A stretch of DNA of 64,000 nucleotides from Longimicrobiales bacterium (GTDB taxonomy: Bacteria; Gemmatimonadota; Gemmatimonadetes; Longimicrobiales; Gaopeijiaceae), in the NCBI GenBank assembly GCA_965219445.1, contig CBDCNQ010000004.1:960001-1024000 (forward strand). Direction: 5' to 3'. Of this stretch, positions 20,718 to 30,786 are shown piece by piece; the first letter of the stretch is position 1; every line of letters begins with the position of its first letter. The notes under the pieces were generated by a model. It did not search any database and was not told where the DNA came from. It worked only from the letters and a program-made list of their open reading frames with translations. The position numbers were made by a program, and so were the translations under genes.

Positions 20718-22479
20718 CTAGTTCTGGGGCGTCAGCAGCTCGTAGTACGCCGGCACCGAGAACCCGACCGGATCGACTTGATAATACTGACCTTTGGCAA
20801 AATGCCCCGTGGTGGGGTAATACGGTGGAGGCTCGGTCGCCGCACATGAATCGTAGCTGTAGCGCTTCACGTATCCGGTTCCAGCGCCCGTGCCGACCGC
20901 ACCACGCGTCTTCTGGATGATTCCACCCGTGATGTAGAGGCAACCCCGGCCCCACGTCTTGGCTTCGCAGCTCTCGTCGTTCCGGCTGCCCGCGTTGTAG
21001 CCTTGCACAGTAAAGATGTCGAGGGCCAGAATCACACCGTGGAAGAACTCGTCCTTGGTGTCGTCGTACGTCCGGTAGTCCCAGTTGGTGCGCGGCCTTT
21101 GCGGAGCATTCAAGAGGTTGTCGGCAACGATCACGCGTTTGCCGGAGAACATGCCGAACATGTCCTGGCACAGACCCGCCCCGGGATCCGTAGCATAGAT
21201 GATGTCGTCGGCGAAGATGATGTCGTCTGTAGATGCCAGGGTCACCCGGCCCCGTAGCACACCGCTCACCGCCACTTTGCCCGTGACCGAGATCACGCCT
21301 TTGAAGCTGGGGTTGTACTGACGAGAAAGGGGAAAGAGGTAACCGGCGTCGGGACGGCCCGCGAGCCCGGGAGCCTGGATTCCGGTGTAGGGAAGCCAAC
21401 TTCCCTTCCCGTCATTGACCACGAAACCGTTGGTGATGGCGTCCTGTCCGCCCAGGTAGCAGCGACGGGCGGAAGACGTCAGGGCCTGCAGGGCCGTCAC
21501 ATCGGGAGTGCCGGGATCGTTGTCGTGATCATACGGGTGGTTCGCTGCCGCCACGAAAGTGCCGCCGTACCAGGCACCGCAGTTCTCGTTATTCCTGAGG
21601 TCGCTGTCCCATGTACCAACGACCCAGGCCTCATTCGTGGACTGGAAGACTTTTGAAGAAACCCTCGTCGTCGTCCGTGACGTCACCGTCGTTGTTCAGG
21701 TCGATGGCGACGAACTCGATGCGCGTGCTCGCCTGGCCGTAGCCGCCGTTGCTGTCGCCGGTAAAGAGCGTGCCGCCCGCCGCGGCCTGGGCGGCGACTT
21801 TGCTGAGGTCCGCCGTCTGAGGCATCTCGATCCTGGGCACGTACTCGTCGTAGCCCATCATGAATGTGCCGTATTGCGGAGAAGGTACCCTCTTTGCCGT
21901 CCGCACCTCTTGGTGGAAGGTGGCTCCCGACGCATAGATCTTCAGGTCCGAGTTGGAGTGCACGGGGCCAAAAATCTGGTCGCCCCCGCCGAACGAGATG
22001 TAGGACGGCTCGATGTCGGTGAAGTAGGCGAATTTCGCGAAGCTCTCCTGGTAGACCTGAGCACGCCGGATAACCTCGCCGCCACCGTCGTCCCGTACGA
22101 TGGAGACGACGCTTCCGAAGATACCGTACTGACCGGTGGTCACACCGGTGGGACCCACATATAGCCACCGCTTGACGCCCGGGATCGTGTTGCCGTCGCC
22201 GTCCTTGAGCGCCACGCCGTCCTCGAGCGTAGCGTAGGCGCTGTCTGGGTAGAGGGTCGGGTCGCCGTTGACGAGGGCACGAGCGTACTCGAGGCCGCTG
22301 TTGGCCATAATCTGGAGCTGATTGGTCCGTTCGTAGTAGCGGTTCGCCAGGATGTGGTTTCCGCCCACCAAAACCGCTCCGGTGGTCAGTGCGCCCACAA
22401 CGAGCACGACGAGCATCGTGACGACCAGGGCGAACCCGTCCTTTTCGGAGACGTTCGTGAGGTGGGTAAGTGCTTTCAT
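20718..22479 (-). CDS. PilX-like minor pilin with large C-terminal domain; +1 frameshift at 21651-21654
   Basis: G|FALVV prepilin site lacking Glu5. Two ORFs join at FFK/VFQ across an A4 run. Confidence 0.8.
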
Positions 22480-22507
22480 GATGCGATCCTTCTTTTCGAT
22501 CTGGGGC

Positions 22508-23677
22508 CTAGTTTACCGTGATCTGCTGAGCCGGCGACAGCGGGGACAGAGACGGTGTGCAGTCCTGGGCCGCATGGGCGTACTGATACGTGCTGCCGAC
22601 CTGCACCGTGGCGTCCTCGTACGTATACGAGGCGGCGCCTGCGGGTATGCTGAGGAACGGATCTCCCCAGTCACCAAGGTTCGGGACATTGCGGCGGTAG
22701 AGCACGTAACGGATGACGTCCCGCTCGCCCACAGACTCGTCCGTGGCCGGGGGCCAGTCGAGCCGAACGATGGGCGTGCCGCCAGGGCTGACGACCTGTA
22801 CGGTCAAAGGGCTCCCGAGAATCGGCTCGTCACCACACGTCAACACGATGCCGAAGCCGGCGCTGGGCAGATCGATTACGCGGCTCAGGTCGGCAAACCA
22901 TTCGGCAGCTCCCGGCCGCCCGTTGGTGGAGCGAAAGCTGACACGCACCCCACGGATGCTGTCTGCCCTGGCGCTGTTCGCCGTGTCCGTGGTTGATCCA
23001 TGAAGCAGGACCGAGTGAAAAAGAGGGAGGTCAGCGTCGGGAATGCTGTCGAGCTCGGAACTCTGACTCGTGTACCTGCGCTCACCGAAGTAACGGAAGA
23101 ACGGCATCGATCCCTGCTTCAACAGATTCCTTGCGAGGACCTCGGGTGCCGCGTCGTTCACTTGCCGTTTGAGGACATAATCGTCGGCCCGGGCCGTCGT
23201 GGCGTCGGGCTCGAAGAAGTAGATGATCAACTCGGCCAAGCTGGGCGTGCCCCCCGGGGCCAGATAGATGGTGTCCGGCCACGCGAAGGGCGAGTTAGGA
23301 ATGTTGATCTTTACGCGAGGCGCCTGAACCAGTCCGTTGGGGGCATCGACGTCGACGTACACGGCGGACACGTCGTTGACCAGGTTCGACGTGTAGTCCC
23401 CGGTAAAGGCGATCACGTCTTCGCCTGCCAGCACCATCCCCGGCTGTCCCGCCGGCACGTTGCTGCCCAGGGTCGTGAGATCGATCTCCATCGTCTGATA
23501 CGCATACCGGAGGTTCTGAAGCGTCATCAATTGATTGGCGCCCTTGAGGAAAGCTCTGTGCTGCACCGTCATGAACCCCAATGCGCCGGTAATTACGATT
23601 CCGAATACGACGGTGACGATGAGGAGCTCGATCATCGTAAACCCCGCCTTCCTCCAAGAATTATCTCGCCTGTTCAT
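22508..23677 (-). CDS. PilW-like minor pilin with C-terminal FnIII-like domain
   Basis: AG|FTMIE prepilin motif; C-terminal LDW...YVLYR...YTYED...YQYA pattern. Confidence 0.8.
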   Translation of the reverse strand: MNRRDNSWRKAGFTMIELLIVTVVFGIVITGALGFMTVQHRAFLKGANQLMTLQNLRYAYQTMEIDLTTLGSNVPAGQPGMVLAGEDVIAFTGDYTSNLVNDVSAVYVDVDAPNGLVQAPRVKINIPNSPFAWPDTIYLAPGGTPSLAELIIYFFEPDATTARADDYVLKRQVNDAAPEVLARNLLKQGSMPFFRYFGERRYTSQSSELDSIPDADLPLFHSVLLHGSTTDTANSARADSIRGVRVSFRSTNGRPGAAEWFADLSRVIDLPSAGFGIVLTCGDEPILGSPLTVQVVSPGGTPIVRLDWPPATDESVGERDVIRYVLYRRNVPNLGDWGDPFLSIPAGAASYTYEDATVQVGSTYQYAHAAQDCTPSLSPLSPAQQITVN

Positions 23678-24060
23678 GGTGACCCCACGACGATGGTTCG
23701 GGACAAGCCCTCGTCGAGACCCGGACCCGAAACGGAAACCATCACCTCTTTGAAGTCGGTGACACGACCCCCCTGACCCTGAGTCTTCACGTGGGTGATT
23801 TTGGTCACGCGATCGAAGCCTTCGAGGCCGGGCAGGTCACCCTCCGTTTTCGCGTACAGTAACTCCAGGTCCTCATATCTCGGATCCATCACGATCAGGG
23901 AGATCCGCCCCTGCACAGCCTGGAGAGCTTCGGACTTCACTCCGGCGCTGGATGCGGCCTGCAACATGTAGGTTGCGGAGGCACCTATGCCCAGAATGGC
24001 GGTCGTGAGGATGAAGACCACCACGGTCATCTCGATGATCGTGAATCCACGTTTATCCAT
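23674..24060 (-). CDS. PilV-like minor pilin
   Basis: RG|FTIIE motif; position in the operon. Confidence 0.8.
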   Translation of the reverse strand: MDKRGFTIIEMTVVVFILTTAILGIGASATYMLQAASSAGVKSEALQAVQGRISLIVMDPRYEDLELLYAKTEGDLPGLEGFDRVTKITHVKTQGQGGRVTDFKEVMVSVSGPGLDEGLSRTIVVGSP

Positions 24061-24062
24061 GA

Positions 24063-24686
24063 TCAGCAGCCCTCCTGCCAAGCCAGGGTCCGATAGGTAA
24101 AGCAACGGACCCGCCCGGTAGCCCGCTCGACCTGGAGAGCCCGCGTATCCTGGGAGTTGTTGCCCGCACTGGCGGCGCGAAAGGAGGTGAGATAGATGAC
24201 CCCCTCTTCGCTGGCGGCTCCGTTGCGATGGAACGTGAGCGCCGGGAGTTGCTCGGCCCTCTTCTTGAACGAGATGGCCTCGACCAGGCCCAGGATCGGT
24301 GTGGCCCCCCCGCGGTCGAACGTCACGCCCTCGGGGAGCTGCACCGTTCTGCGCTCCTCTCCGGCGTCCGTCTTCCCGTTGTTGTTCGCGTCGTCGAGCA
24401 AGACGAACCCGTCGTCGTGGAAGATGAGCACATAGTCGTGCTGGCGTAGAATCGCCCGCCCCCTTGCGGACGCCACGGCGGACCCGACCTCTCGCATGGC
24501 TGCGTCGAGCTGGAAGCGGGGGACGTCGATCCTGGGAACCACGATGAGCATGAGGATTCCGGCCACAGCCAGAACGATGAGGACCTCGATCAGGGTGAAC
24601 CCGACTTGGGGGGCGGGCACAGGATCCCCTCTGCGTACACCGGGGGGCGTACCGCTCCAGAACTGAGCGGAGGGTTTATACGTCAT
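24063..24686 (-). CDS. FimT/GspH-like minor pilin
   Basis: VG|FTLIEVLIV motif, ARGRAI helix and FHRNG motif; start at ATG 24686 is tentative. Confidence 0.82.
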   Translation of the reverse strand: MTYKPSAQFWSGTPPGVRRGDPVPAPQVGFTLIEVLIVLAVAGILMLIVVPRIDVPRFQLDAAMREVGSAVASARGRAILRQHDYVLIFHDDGFVLLDDANNNGKTDAGEERRTVQLPEGVTFDRGGATPILGLVEAISFKKRAEQLPALTFHRNGAASEEGVIYLTSFRAASAGNNSQDTRALQVERATGRVRCFTYRTLAWQEGC

Positions 24687-24712
24687 GCGGTAGTCCAACG
24701 GACCACAGTGGA

Positions 24713-24729
24713 TGCAAGGGGTGTGCCCA
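24713..24729 (-). promoter_or_regulatory. Sigma54 (-24/-12) promoter of minor-pilin operon 1
   Basis: Minus strand TGGGCACACCCCTTGCA is GG-N10-GC with GGCAC and TTGCA boxes, about 27 bp before the first gene. Confidence 0.7.
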
Positions 24730-24962
24730 GAGGCGAAGAAAGGCCGAAAACCGGTGATAAGCCAGTTCCCTCCCGGCATATCACCGGTGTCCATCGTGGG
24801 TGACAATGGGGGAAAACGGACAACGTTTTCCCGTATTGGACAAAATATCCGAGACCATCTTGTGTCCGAACTACTGCCGGGCTGCCGGGGGTGTTCAACG
24901 TTGGGTCAGTGACAGAACAATCTTGCCAACCAGTATCCTCCGGTGACATACGTTTTGGTACC

Positions 24963-26027
24963 ATGTCTGCCGACACACTTGAATGTACCGAGCACGTCGA
25001 AGCCGCCGATCGGGCCGGCCTCCGTTACACGACGGACTCGGTCCGCGGAATAAGTCGCAAGCGCGTAGGCGACGGATTTATCTACGTCGCGGCGAACGGA
25101 ATCCCCGTCACGAGCGAACGGAAGCTCCGCCGCATCCGCGGACTCGCTATCCCGCCAGCGTGGACCGACGTGTGGATCTGCCCGCACGCGACAGGGCATC
25201 TCCAGGTCACCGCCCGCGACACGAAGGGGCGTAAGCAATACCGATACCACACGAAGTACCGCGCTGTCAGAGACGAGAGGAAGTTCAACCGGATGCTCGA
25301 TTTCAGCCAAGTGCTCCCGACGACACGTGAGCACGTCGAAGCGCACCTCCGGTTGCGCGGCCTCCCCCGTGAAAAAGTGCTGGCGACGGTCATTTGGTTA
25401 TTGGAGCGGACACTGATTCGCGTCGGAAACGCGGAGTACGCGAAGGAGAACGAGACCTTCGGCCTGACCACGATGCAGACCCGGCATGCCGAAGTGAGGG
25501 GGTCCCAGGTCATGTTCTCGTTTCGTGGAAAGAGCGGGAAGGACCACTCGGTCTCGGTCAGCGATCGCCGGCTCGCCCGGGTCATCCAGAGGTGCCACAC
25601 GCTGCCCGGAGAGGAGTTATTTCAATATGTCGACGAGAGTGGTTGTCTCCGTAACGTCGAGTCCGGCCATGTCAATGAGTATCTGCGGGCGGTCGCCGGT
25701 CTGGGCGTCTCCGCCAAGGACTTTCGCACGTGGGGTGGCACCATGCTTGCCGCGCAGCTCTTACGTGAGTTCGGTCCCGCCCACCGGGTGCGTCAGAGGG
25801 AGTCGAACATCGTGAGGGCGGTCGATCAGGTGGCAGAGCGGCTTGGCAACACGCGAACGGTCTGTCGTAAGTATTACATCCACCCGGTGGTTCTCGGCGC
25901 TTACCGGCGTGGTCGGGTTCTGCCACCGCTGGCCGAAAAGACCGAGATCGTACGCCGCAAGAACCAGCCGCGCCTTCGGCACCACGAGAGCGAGGTCATG
26001 CAGTTCATCCAGGAGAACCAAAGCTGA
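24963..26027 (+). CDS. DNA topoisomerase IB (bacterial, poxvirus-like)
   Basis: IPPAWTDVWI, GRKQYRYH, IRVGN, FRGKSGK, KDFRTW and LGNTRTVCRKYY motifs. Confidence 0.93.
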   Translation: MSADTLECTEHVEAADRAGLRYTTDSVRGISRKRVGDGFIYVAANGIPVTSERKLRRIRGLAIPPAWTDVWICPHATGHLQVTARDTKGRKQYRYHTKYRAVRDERKFNRMLDFSQVLPTTREHVEAHLRLRGLPREKVLATVIWLLERTLIRVGNAEYAKENETFGLTTMQTRHAEVRGSQVMFSFRGKSGKDHSVSVSDRRLARVIQRCHTLPGEELFQYVDESGCLRNVESGHVNEYLRAVAGLGVSAKDFRTWGGTMLAAQLLREFGPAHRVRQRESNIVRAVDQVAERLGNTRTVCRKYYIHPVVLGAYRRGRVLPPLAEKTEIVRRKNQPRLRHHESEVMQFIQENQS

Positions 26028-26217
26028 AGAAGGTGTGAGACGATCATGCGCGCGCTGTGGTATTGAGGATGACCAGAAAGCATGACCGGCCCCGAGAGAC
26101 TTAGGGTCGCCGCTGCTGAATCGCGAGCACCGCACTGGGATCGACGGGCAATCCTCACCCCTGTGCCCCCGTTCGGCCTTTAGAGGCAGGAGAATTCCAC
26201 ACGTCGCCGACGCTGCT

Positions 26218-27735
26218 TTATTGTTCGACTTGTGGTACGGCCTCCAGTAGCAGCTCGAATGCTCGGTTCAGTGCCTGGCCACCGGCTCGTGCGCCCGTGT
26301 ACTTACCCAGCCGCACCACCACGAGTTGATGCGTTGGGATCATGGTGGCGCTCTGCCCTCCGGCCCCTCGCATGCCGTACGCGCTCTCAGGTAGTGGCCA
26401 GCCGCCGTCGCCGTTCACCCACGTGAAGGCGCCGCCGTATCGGGGGCGCCCGTCGGCGACCCAGGCTGGCGCGAGCGTCGTCGCGTATTCGACATACCCC
26501 TCAGGCAGAATCCGCTCTCCGTTCCACACACCATCTTGGAGATAGAGATTTCCCAGCCTCGCCCAGTCTCGGGCTGGAAGGAACTCGTACCCTTGAGCCA
26601 AGAAATTTCCGTATGGGTCGGTCTCGATGATCGCGTCGCGAATCCCGATCTTGTCGAACAGGTTCCTCTGTGGGAACGAGTGATAGTCCTCCCCTCTCCC
26701 CTCCACCGCCAATCGGATGAGATAGTTGGCGAGCACCGGATCGCTGTTCCGGTACCTGCCCACGGTGTTCGGCTCCCACTCCTGGGGCCGAGTCGCCGCC
26801 CACTCGAATGAGTTCACACTGCCCGTGTAGAGATAGAGATGGTCTGCGTACCCGATTGAGGGATCGAAGTCGGGGTCCTGTGGGGCGCGGATCCGGATCC
26901 CACTCGACATCCTCATGATGTCGCCGATGCGGATAGCCTGCCGGGGGTCCCCAGCCGACTGCCACTCGGGAATGGGCGCCGGCTGCCAGAGCTCGTACGC
27001 GCCCTGCTCAATGAGCACGCCCATGAGGGCGCCCGTCAGGCTCTTTGCCATGGACCAACCCTCGAGCGGCGAATGCATGTCGACCTCGGGCCCATAACGT
27101 TCGCCGAGGATTCTTCCTTTGTACGTAACGACCAGGGCGAGGGTACGAGCTTCCGGCGGACCGAACCCCGCGTCGAGCACCTCCTCGACCTTGGTCATGT
27201 CCACCTCTTCGGGCCATGGCTCATCGGTGAGTACGTCCCCCATGGGCCACGGCGTTGACGCGGCAGGCGGAAGCTTCCGCTCTACCTCTGTCGGCGTGAA
27301 GCGCACGGAATCCTCGCCGATGGCGTGCGTCACGCATCCCTGGTTCTTGTACCTCTTCGCGGTGCGAATGACGCCGTCCGGCAAGGTCAGACTCACCTGT
27401 TGACGCTGGAAATCGACTAGCGTGTCCACCACGTGTCGCCGTTCCTCGAACGGGCTCGTGAAGCCGCCCACGTTTGCCGCTGCATCGTTGGGGTCGAGAC
27501 CCGTGATGAACACGGCCGAGCACAGGGTCTTCGCGAAGCCGGATGTATAGTGGTGGAGCGCCTGGCCGGGGGGTGGAACGTAGTCGGTGTCCAGTTCGAG
27601 CGACGCAGCCCGACCGATAAGGGCCGCACGGGCATCGTCGGAGCCGGCCTCAGACTGACTTTCAGGGCCGGCACATGCGAGCAACCCGAGAAGGGCGACC
27701 GAGATGAGAAACTGTCGGTGCGAGGCCGGGTGCAT
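26218..27735 (-). CDS. Serine hydrolase (class C beta-lactamase-like) lipoprotein
   Basis: WSMAKS (SxxK), YRN, ARDWARLG and RGAGGQ motifs; lipobox LLAC; RBS AGGAGG. Confidence 0.88.
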   Translation of the reverse strand: MHPASHRQFLISVALLGLLACAGPESQSEAGSDDARAALIGRAASLELDTDYVPPPGQALHHYTSGFAKTLCSAVFITGLDPNDAAANVGGFTSPFEERRHVVDTLVDFQRQQVSLTLPDGVIRTAKRYKNQGCVTHAIGEDSVRFTPTEVERKLPPAASTPWPMGDVLTDEPWPEEVDMTKVEEVLDAGFGPPEARTLALVVTYKGRILGERYGPEVDMHSPLEGWSMAKSLTGALMGVLIEQGAYELWQPAPIPEWQSAGDPRQAIRIGDIMRMSSGIRIRAPQDPDFDPSIGYADHLYLYTGSVNSFEWAATRPQEWEPNTVGRYRNSDPVLANYLIRLAVEGRGEDYHSFPQRNLFDKIGIRDAIIETDPYGNFLAQGYEFLPARDWARLGNLYLQDGVWNGERILPEGYVEYATTLAPAWVADGRPRYGGAFTWVNGDGGWPLPESAYGMRGAGGQSATMIPTHQLVVVRLGKYTGARAGGQALNRAFELLLEAVPQVEQ

Positions 27736-27808
27736 GACCATCCTCCTGTTCGGGTTCGCCGGTAGCGTACGGTCGGCGCTCGCCGCTGGCAATCTGCCCG
27801 GCCTCAGC

Positions 27809-30394
27809 TCAGTTCCGGTTGCTTCCTCCGATCGGATCACCGGCAAGCATCTGCAGCTGCGGTCCGGGCACGGTGTTCTCGATGCGCGCCTGCCAGCGGC
27901 GAATGTCCGCGGCCACGAGCCGCTGGTGCGGCGACGGTGCCGACGTGCTCTCGATGCCCTCCGCGAGCCTATCGAGGCGATCGGACAGAACGGCACGGAC
28001 CTCGGCAGGGTTACCGGCACTGCTCGCTTGCTGCATCATCCGATCGGCCACCGAGCGCTGAACGCCATGGATGACGCGCTGGCGGTATTCGTCCGCCGCC
28101 GGGGGCGAGTCCCAGGTGGCCTCGATCAGCCGATCGGCGACCTCCTCCAGGTCGGGATAGTCCCCCATGCTCCCGAAGACGACCAGCCGGGCCATCCGCT
28201 GCGGGTGGAGGATTTCCCCGACAGAGAAGTTGGCCGCGGCCTCAGCGGCTGCCAGGGGATCGAAGAGGAGCTCGGTATGACCGGGGAAGGCCTCGCCTTC
28301 ACCATGCCGGAAGGCCGCTGGCGGGATCAGGGACACGATGTCCTCCGGGAGCGCCAGGAAGTCGACCGTAAGGGTGGACAGGATGGTCTCTAGGGCGTCG
28401 CGCTGCGCCTCTCCGGGAACGATCGTGAAGGGGCTCTGGCCGTCTCCTTTCACCGCGTTCCGGTAGTCTGCACCCCCGAGGCTCTGGGCCGCCGAGCGGA
28501 GCTGAAAGCGGTGATGCATGTACAGAGGGAGCAACACGTACTCCAGATTCGAAAGTGGCTCGCCCGTCCGAATCGCATTCACCCCGAACCGTTCGAGCCC
28601 GATCTCGCGCACGTGGATCTCGAGCTTGAGGTGGTCGACGAGGTTCGCGCCGTTGTCCCAGACGCTCGCATACTGGTGACCTGCCCCGATGAAGTTGTTG
28701 TTGGTGTGCCCCATGTAGATGAGGCCGTCCTCGACCCCCTGCTGAGCGATCTGGGCTAGCGAACCGACTTCATCCGCGCCGGTCGGAAATTCACGATAGA
28801 GCCAGTTCACGGAGAGCTTGTCGTACTCTCCGATCCGCTGCAGGTAGGCGTTGGACAGATCGAGGCTGCCATCCTCATCGATCTCGACTAGCGGTGCGGG
28901 ATAGTCCATCACGCTCTCCCGTCCGTAGCTGCTCGCAATATAGTTGTGAGGAAATCCGAGCGTATGGCCGACCTCGTGGGCCGAGAGCTGACGGACCCGC
29001 GCCAGCGCCATCTCTACCGCCTCCGATTCGTCCACCACCTGAGCCAGGTATTCGAAGTTCGGCGCCCCGGCCAGCTCGCCCCCCTCGTAGTAGGCACCGC
29101 TTCTGTCCCGGCCCGCAGTGAAATCGAAGTACCCGCCGCCACCCGCCGAGGAGATCCCTTCGGGAAAGGGGGCCACCATACCCTGGCCGTGAAGGTAGTC
29201 CTGCCTCAGCCGAAGGCTCCCGAGGTTTACCACCCCACGCACGATCTCACCTGTGCGCGGGTCCGCCACCGTGTTCCCGTAGGAGTAGCCACGGGTTCGG
29301 CGGTGGGTCCAGTGGATCATGTTGTAGCGGATGTCCTGTGGATCCACGCCTTCGGGCAGCACCTCGACCCGGAAGGCGTCGATGAATCCCGCGGCCTCGA
29401 AGGCCTCGTTCCACCAGCTCGCCCCGTCGATCAACGCGCTGCGAATCGGCTCGGGTGTGCCCGGATCCACGTAATAGACGATGGGCTCGACGGGCTCGGA
29501 CGGCCCGGGCCCGGGATTGCGCTTCTGCAAGCGATGGCGCGCCGCCCATCTCTGGCGCGTGTCCTCGTCGATGGGGGTAGCGTAGTCGTACACGGTGGGA
29601 CCGTTCACTCCTACCCTCGGGTCCGCTGTGCGGGTGCGATAGCCGTCATCGGGTAGCCGGATGAAGGAGTGGTGCTGGCGCAGTGTTATGGCTCCGCCGG
29701 TCGCGGCTACGCCCCGAACCAATCCGCCCGGCTCGGCACTCGTGAACGTGAGGATGGCCTCGACCTCGGTATTTTCCGGGAACGACCGAGTCGCGGGCAA
29801 GTGGATCGCACTCCGGGACCGGTCGAGCTCAAAGCGACCCTGGTTCCGCTGCGCGATCTGCTCTATGACGCCGCGGGCGTCACGAAGGAAGAACTCCGTC
29901 GCATCCACCAGAACCCGGTCTCCGGTCTCGGCAACGATGTCGAAACCCCAGTGCACCGAGGGTGCGAAGGCATCTCGCACCGCTTGAGCTTCCGTCGGGT
30001 TGTCGCTGCGCGCCCGGAACCGGTAGTTGGGCTCCATGAGGAGTACGCGGGGACCGATGCGCCTCGGCTCCAGAACGTGCGTGCCCGAGAGCTGACCCCT
30101 GTCGATGCCGACCGGATTGCTTCCGAGTCCCGAGCCCATGGAGATCTGATAGAGGAACTCGCTACCCGGCTCGTCGATCTCCCAGTACAGAGACCCGCTG
30201 GAATCCTCCCAGTAGAGGGAGAAGAACCCTTCCATGCGATCGGCGTTCTGGGTCTTTTCTTCGATGCTGGGCAGTGGGCCTTCCTGTGACAGGGCCGAGG
30301 GTGCGAAGCCGGCGGAGGCCGCCACACTGAGAGCCGTGACTGCTGCGAGCCGGCCGAGCCCGCCGGCAGCCCGCCAGATGGATGAACAGGACAT
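27809..30394 (-). CDS. Secreted zinc metalloprotease (DUF5117/DUF4953, EcxA-like metzincin)
   Basis: HEVGHTLGFPH motif and SVMDY Met-turn. Confidence 0.9.
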   Translation of the reverse strand: MSCSSIWRAAGGLGRLAAVTALSVAASAGFAPSALSQEGPLPSIEEKTQNADRMEGFFSLYWEDSSGSLYWEIDEPGSEFLYQISMGSGLGSNPVGIDRGQLSGTHVLEPRRIGPRVLLMEPNYRFRARSDNPTEAQAVRDAFAPSVHWGFDIVAETGDRVLVDATEFFLRDARGVIEQIAQRNQGRFELDRSRSAIHLPATRSFPENTEVEAILTFTSAEPGGLVRGVAATGGAITLRQHHSFIRLPDDGYRTRTADPRVGVNGPTVYDYATPIDEDTRQRWAARHRLQKRNPGPGPSEPVEPIVYYVDPGTPEPIRSALIDGASWWNEAFEAAGFIDAFRVEVLPEGVDPQDIRYNMIHWTHRRTRGYSYGNTVADPRTGEIVRGVVNLGSLRLRQDYLHGQGMVAPFPEGISSAGGGGYFDFTAGRDRSGAYYEGGELAGAPNFEYLAQVVDESEAVEMALARVRQLSAHEVGHTLGFPHNYIASSYGRESVMDYPAPLVEIDEDGSLDLSNAYLQRIGEYDKLSVNWLYREFPTGADEVGSLAQIAQQGVEDGLIYMGHTNNNFIGAGHQYASVWDNGANLVDHLKLEIHVREIGLERFGVNAIRTGEPLSNLEYVLLPLYMHHRFQLRSAAQSLGGADYRNAVKGDGQSPFTIVPGEAQRDALETILSTLTVDFLALPEDIVSLIPPAAFRHGEGEAFPGHTELLFDPLAAAEAAANFSVGEILHPQRMARLVVFGSMGDYPDLEEVADRLIEATWDSPPAADEYRQRVIHGVQRSVADRMMQQASSAGNPAEVRAVLSDRLDRLAEGIESTSAPSPHQRLVAADIRRWQARIENTVPGPQLQMLAGDPIGGSNRN

Positions 30395-30569
30395 GGGATC
30401 ACCTCGTTTTGGAGTCGATTCCGGAGGGCCCGACTTTCTCGGAGCACGACCAGGTTAGTCGCGCCCAATCTGCCGTGAGCGGGAAACCGGGCGCAAGCAG
30501 GAACCAGGGCCCGGGGCCGGGCCACGCTGGAGCGAGTAGAGCACGGCCGTCCTCGTCTCTGCGCCCTCC

Positions 30570-30654
30570 TTGCCGCCCAACACCCCTTCGACGCATCTTG
30601 TCGGCCATGTCCATTCCCGTTATCCCCTTAAACGCCGCCCTGGAGGGCCGCTAC
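30570..30654 (+). pseudogene. Promoter-like element plus 16-codon kinase N-terminal relic
   Basis: TTGCCG-N18-CATCTT-N7-ATG followed by MSIPVIPLNAALEGRY; same layout as the 5' end of kinase 3. Confidence 0.7.
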
Positions 30655-30786
30655 CACCCGGGAATGGGGGAGCCTCTCGCTTGACCCATACCGATCGAGG
30701 CGCCAGCGGTCTGTGCCAGGAGCTCGAGCGCCGACGATCCGACAACCCCTCCCGACCCCACAGGAGTACTGCACCGGAATGACCAA

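Noticed and set aside
20515..21399. Upstream part of the 376-aa ORF 20269..21399
   Set aside because: It is an off-frame overlap with the pilX-like gene; only the DUF1501 tail is protein-like.
21651..21654. Programmed ribosomal frameshifts in pilX, HD-GYP and other split genes
   Set aside because: No canonical slippery heptamers with stimulators were seen; the scattered homopolymer indels are better explained by read error.
30450..30540. GC-rich hairpin containing GGGAAACC as a possible ncRNA
   Set aside because: Only a short GCGCCC/GGGCGC stem is present, and it matches no RNA family I can recognise.
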